The notes under the pieces: generated by a model | Databases searched by the model: none | The model's input: the letters and a program-made list of their open reading frames with translations, nothing else | What the model was told of the DNA's origin: nothing | Source: an uncultured cyanobacterium | GTDB taxonomy: Bacteria; Cyanobacteriota; Cyanobacteriia; Pseudanabaenales; Pseudanabaenaceae | Reading direction: 5' to 3' | DNA length: 64,000 nucleotides | NCBI GenBank assembly: GCA_963703315.1 | Contig: OY969811.1 | Coordinates: 64,001-128,000 of the forward strand | Shown here: piece by piece, positions 62,669-64,000 of the stretch | Layout: each line of letters begins with the position of its first letter | How positions within the stretch are numbered: the stretch's first letter is position 1 | Translations under genes and position numbers: made by a program

Positions 62669-63886
62669 ATGGAAACTGAAAAACTTAGTAATGATGACAC
62701 ATTAACTCCTAACAATGAAGTGCTAGAAAATGATATAGATCTAGATGACGAAGAAAGCTTAGACAGTTCGTCCAAAGACAGAAAACGGTCAAGAACTGTA
62801 CGAATATATCCTGCCAGTTCATTTTCAGATGCCTTAGAGCTTGGGGCAGAAATCTACAAACACGCAGGAGGTAAAATTCGCCGCTTAACGCTACTTGAAA
62901 AAATGGGACGTTCTCAGACTAGTAGTTCTACAAGACAAATGATAACTAATTCGGGAAAATATGGAATAACTAAAGGTTCATATACTTCCGAACACCTTGA
63001 ATTAACACCAGAAGGGATAGCTATATTTGATCAATCAATCTCATCTCGTGACTTACTTCAAGCAAAATTTCAGCTTGCGATTACTCAAATCCCTCCTTTT
63101 AAAAATCTATACGATGAATATGCTGGGAAACGTCTTGCGGCACCAGAGGTGATGAGGGATTTCCTTCGAGAAACTAATGAAAAAGTCGTCGATTTCAAAG
63201 AATGTATAGACTTTTTTATTGTTAATGTTAAAGACTTAGGACTTCTTCGGACTATTGGAGGAGCAGAAACATTAATCCCAATAGAACAGGCTCTTGAAGA
63301 GACTCCAAGTAAATATACTGAGCGCAGTTCTAAGTCCATTGTTCTTCAGACAATAGAACCTAAAACTTCTGGACAAATTAATCAAGAAAATAATTCGATT
63401 TGGGATAGTATCTGTTTTTACATTACCCCCATCGGGAAAGAAGATAGCGAAGAAAGAAAACATTCTGATTTGTTTCTTAGTTCTCTGGTAGAGCCAGCAG
63501 TTTCCGAATTGAATTTGCGAGTTGTGCGTGCTGATCAAATTGGCGAACAAGGATTAATAACAGCACAAATAATTGAATACGTTAAGAACTCTCGACTTGT
63601 TATTGTTGATTTATCCTTTTTAAACCCTAATGTTTTCTATGAAATGGCACTTCGACACTCCTGTAAATTGCCTGTCGTTCATATTATTAGAAAAGCCGAC
63701 CAAATACCATTTGATGTAAGCCAAAGTCGTTGTATTATCATTGACAATACAGATCTTTATTCTTTTGTTCCAAAAATTCAAACTTATCAAGCTGAAATTG
63801 CTGCTCAAGCTAGAAAAGCTATCGAAGATCCTGAGCATAGAGGTAATCCGATCACCGTCTTTTATCCTGATTTTTGGAGTAAATAG
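62669..63886 (+). CDS. Winged-helix-like N-domain fused to a nucleoside 2-deoxyribosyltransferase/TIR-like domain
   Basis: Acidic tail; YP..S..DAL...KYGI...LELTPEG; C-terminal CFYITPIG, VVRAD, I...I.....LVIVDLS..NPNVFYEMALRH, PFDV. Confidence 0.65.
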   Translation: METEKLSNDDTLTPNNEVLENDIDLDDEESLDSSSKDRKRSRTVRIYPASSFSDALELGAEIYKHAGGKIRRLTLLEKMGRSQTSSSTRQMITNSGKYGITKGSYTSEHLELTPEGIAIFDQSISSRDLLQAKFQLAITQIPPFKNLYDEYAGKRLAAPEVMRDFLRETNEKVVDFKECIDFFIVNVKDLGLLRTIGGAETLIPIEQALEETPSKYTERSSKSIVLQTIEPKTSGQINQENNSIWDSICFYITPIGKEDSEERKHSDLFLSSLVEPAVSELNLRVVRADQIGEQGLITAQIIEYVKNSRLVIVDLSFLNPNVFYEMALRHSCKLPVVHIIRKADQIPFDVSQSRCIIIDNTDLYSFVPKIQTYQAEIAAQARKAIEDPEHRGNPITVFYPDFWSK

Positions 63887-64000
63887 TGATTTAAATATTA
63901 TTATTCAATCGATTTTATTAGTAATGATTTGTATTTCTATCTAAAACCAGTGATAAAGATTTCAACATGCAGACAAACCTAGTAATCGTAAAGTTATATC

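Noticed and set aside
337..63944. Numerous short ORFs antisense to or overlapping long genes (e.g. 337-612, 2393-2770, 42745-43113, 60934-61308)
   Set aside because: They are shadows of well-supported CDSs with no recognisable motifs
63967..64000. Start of a third island gene
   Set aside because: Only 11 codons are visible, too little to call as a feature; mentioned only as a lead

Overview
Cyanobacterial chromosomal segment, Pseudanabaena-like by overall protein style (inference). Evidence: very frequent HIP1 octamer GCGATCGC, two psbA genes, ferredoxin-thioredoxin reductase, cyanobacterial ribosomal genes. Most of the window is housekeeping: malic enzyme, leuC, trpS, cobH/cobI/cbiG-cobJ, ndk, riboflavin genes, wza-uxs-ugd, ppk2, aroA, fbp, a stand-alone rpsM-rpsK-rpoA-rplQ-truA-rplM-rpsI operon, metG, pepA, tolC, queE/queC, ilvD, recJ and a class II RNR. 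Accessory content: an intact ISAs1 with 28-bp TIRs and a 10-bp TSD, a FitAB/VapBC toxin-antitoxin pair, a PD-(D/E)xK+HEPN orphan, a LAGLIDADG intein at the NrdJ catalytic Cys, and two near-identical inverted psbA copies. The best candidate for an undescribed system is at the right edge: an AT-rich, HIP1-free two-gene module encoding a TM+Macro (type II Thoeris ThsA-like) protein and a winged-helix + nucleoside-deoxyribosyltransferase/TIR-like protein in place of a canonical ThsB. A second striking signal is that most intergenic regions carry a palindrome with a 3-nt loop closed by C:G. These palindromes show compensatory changes, have arms that mirror neighbouring coding sequence, and some sit inside TA-flanked MITE-like shells. 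All domain calls are from motif recognition by eye; no searches were run. No tRNA, rRNA or CRISPR array was recognised.
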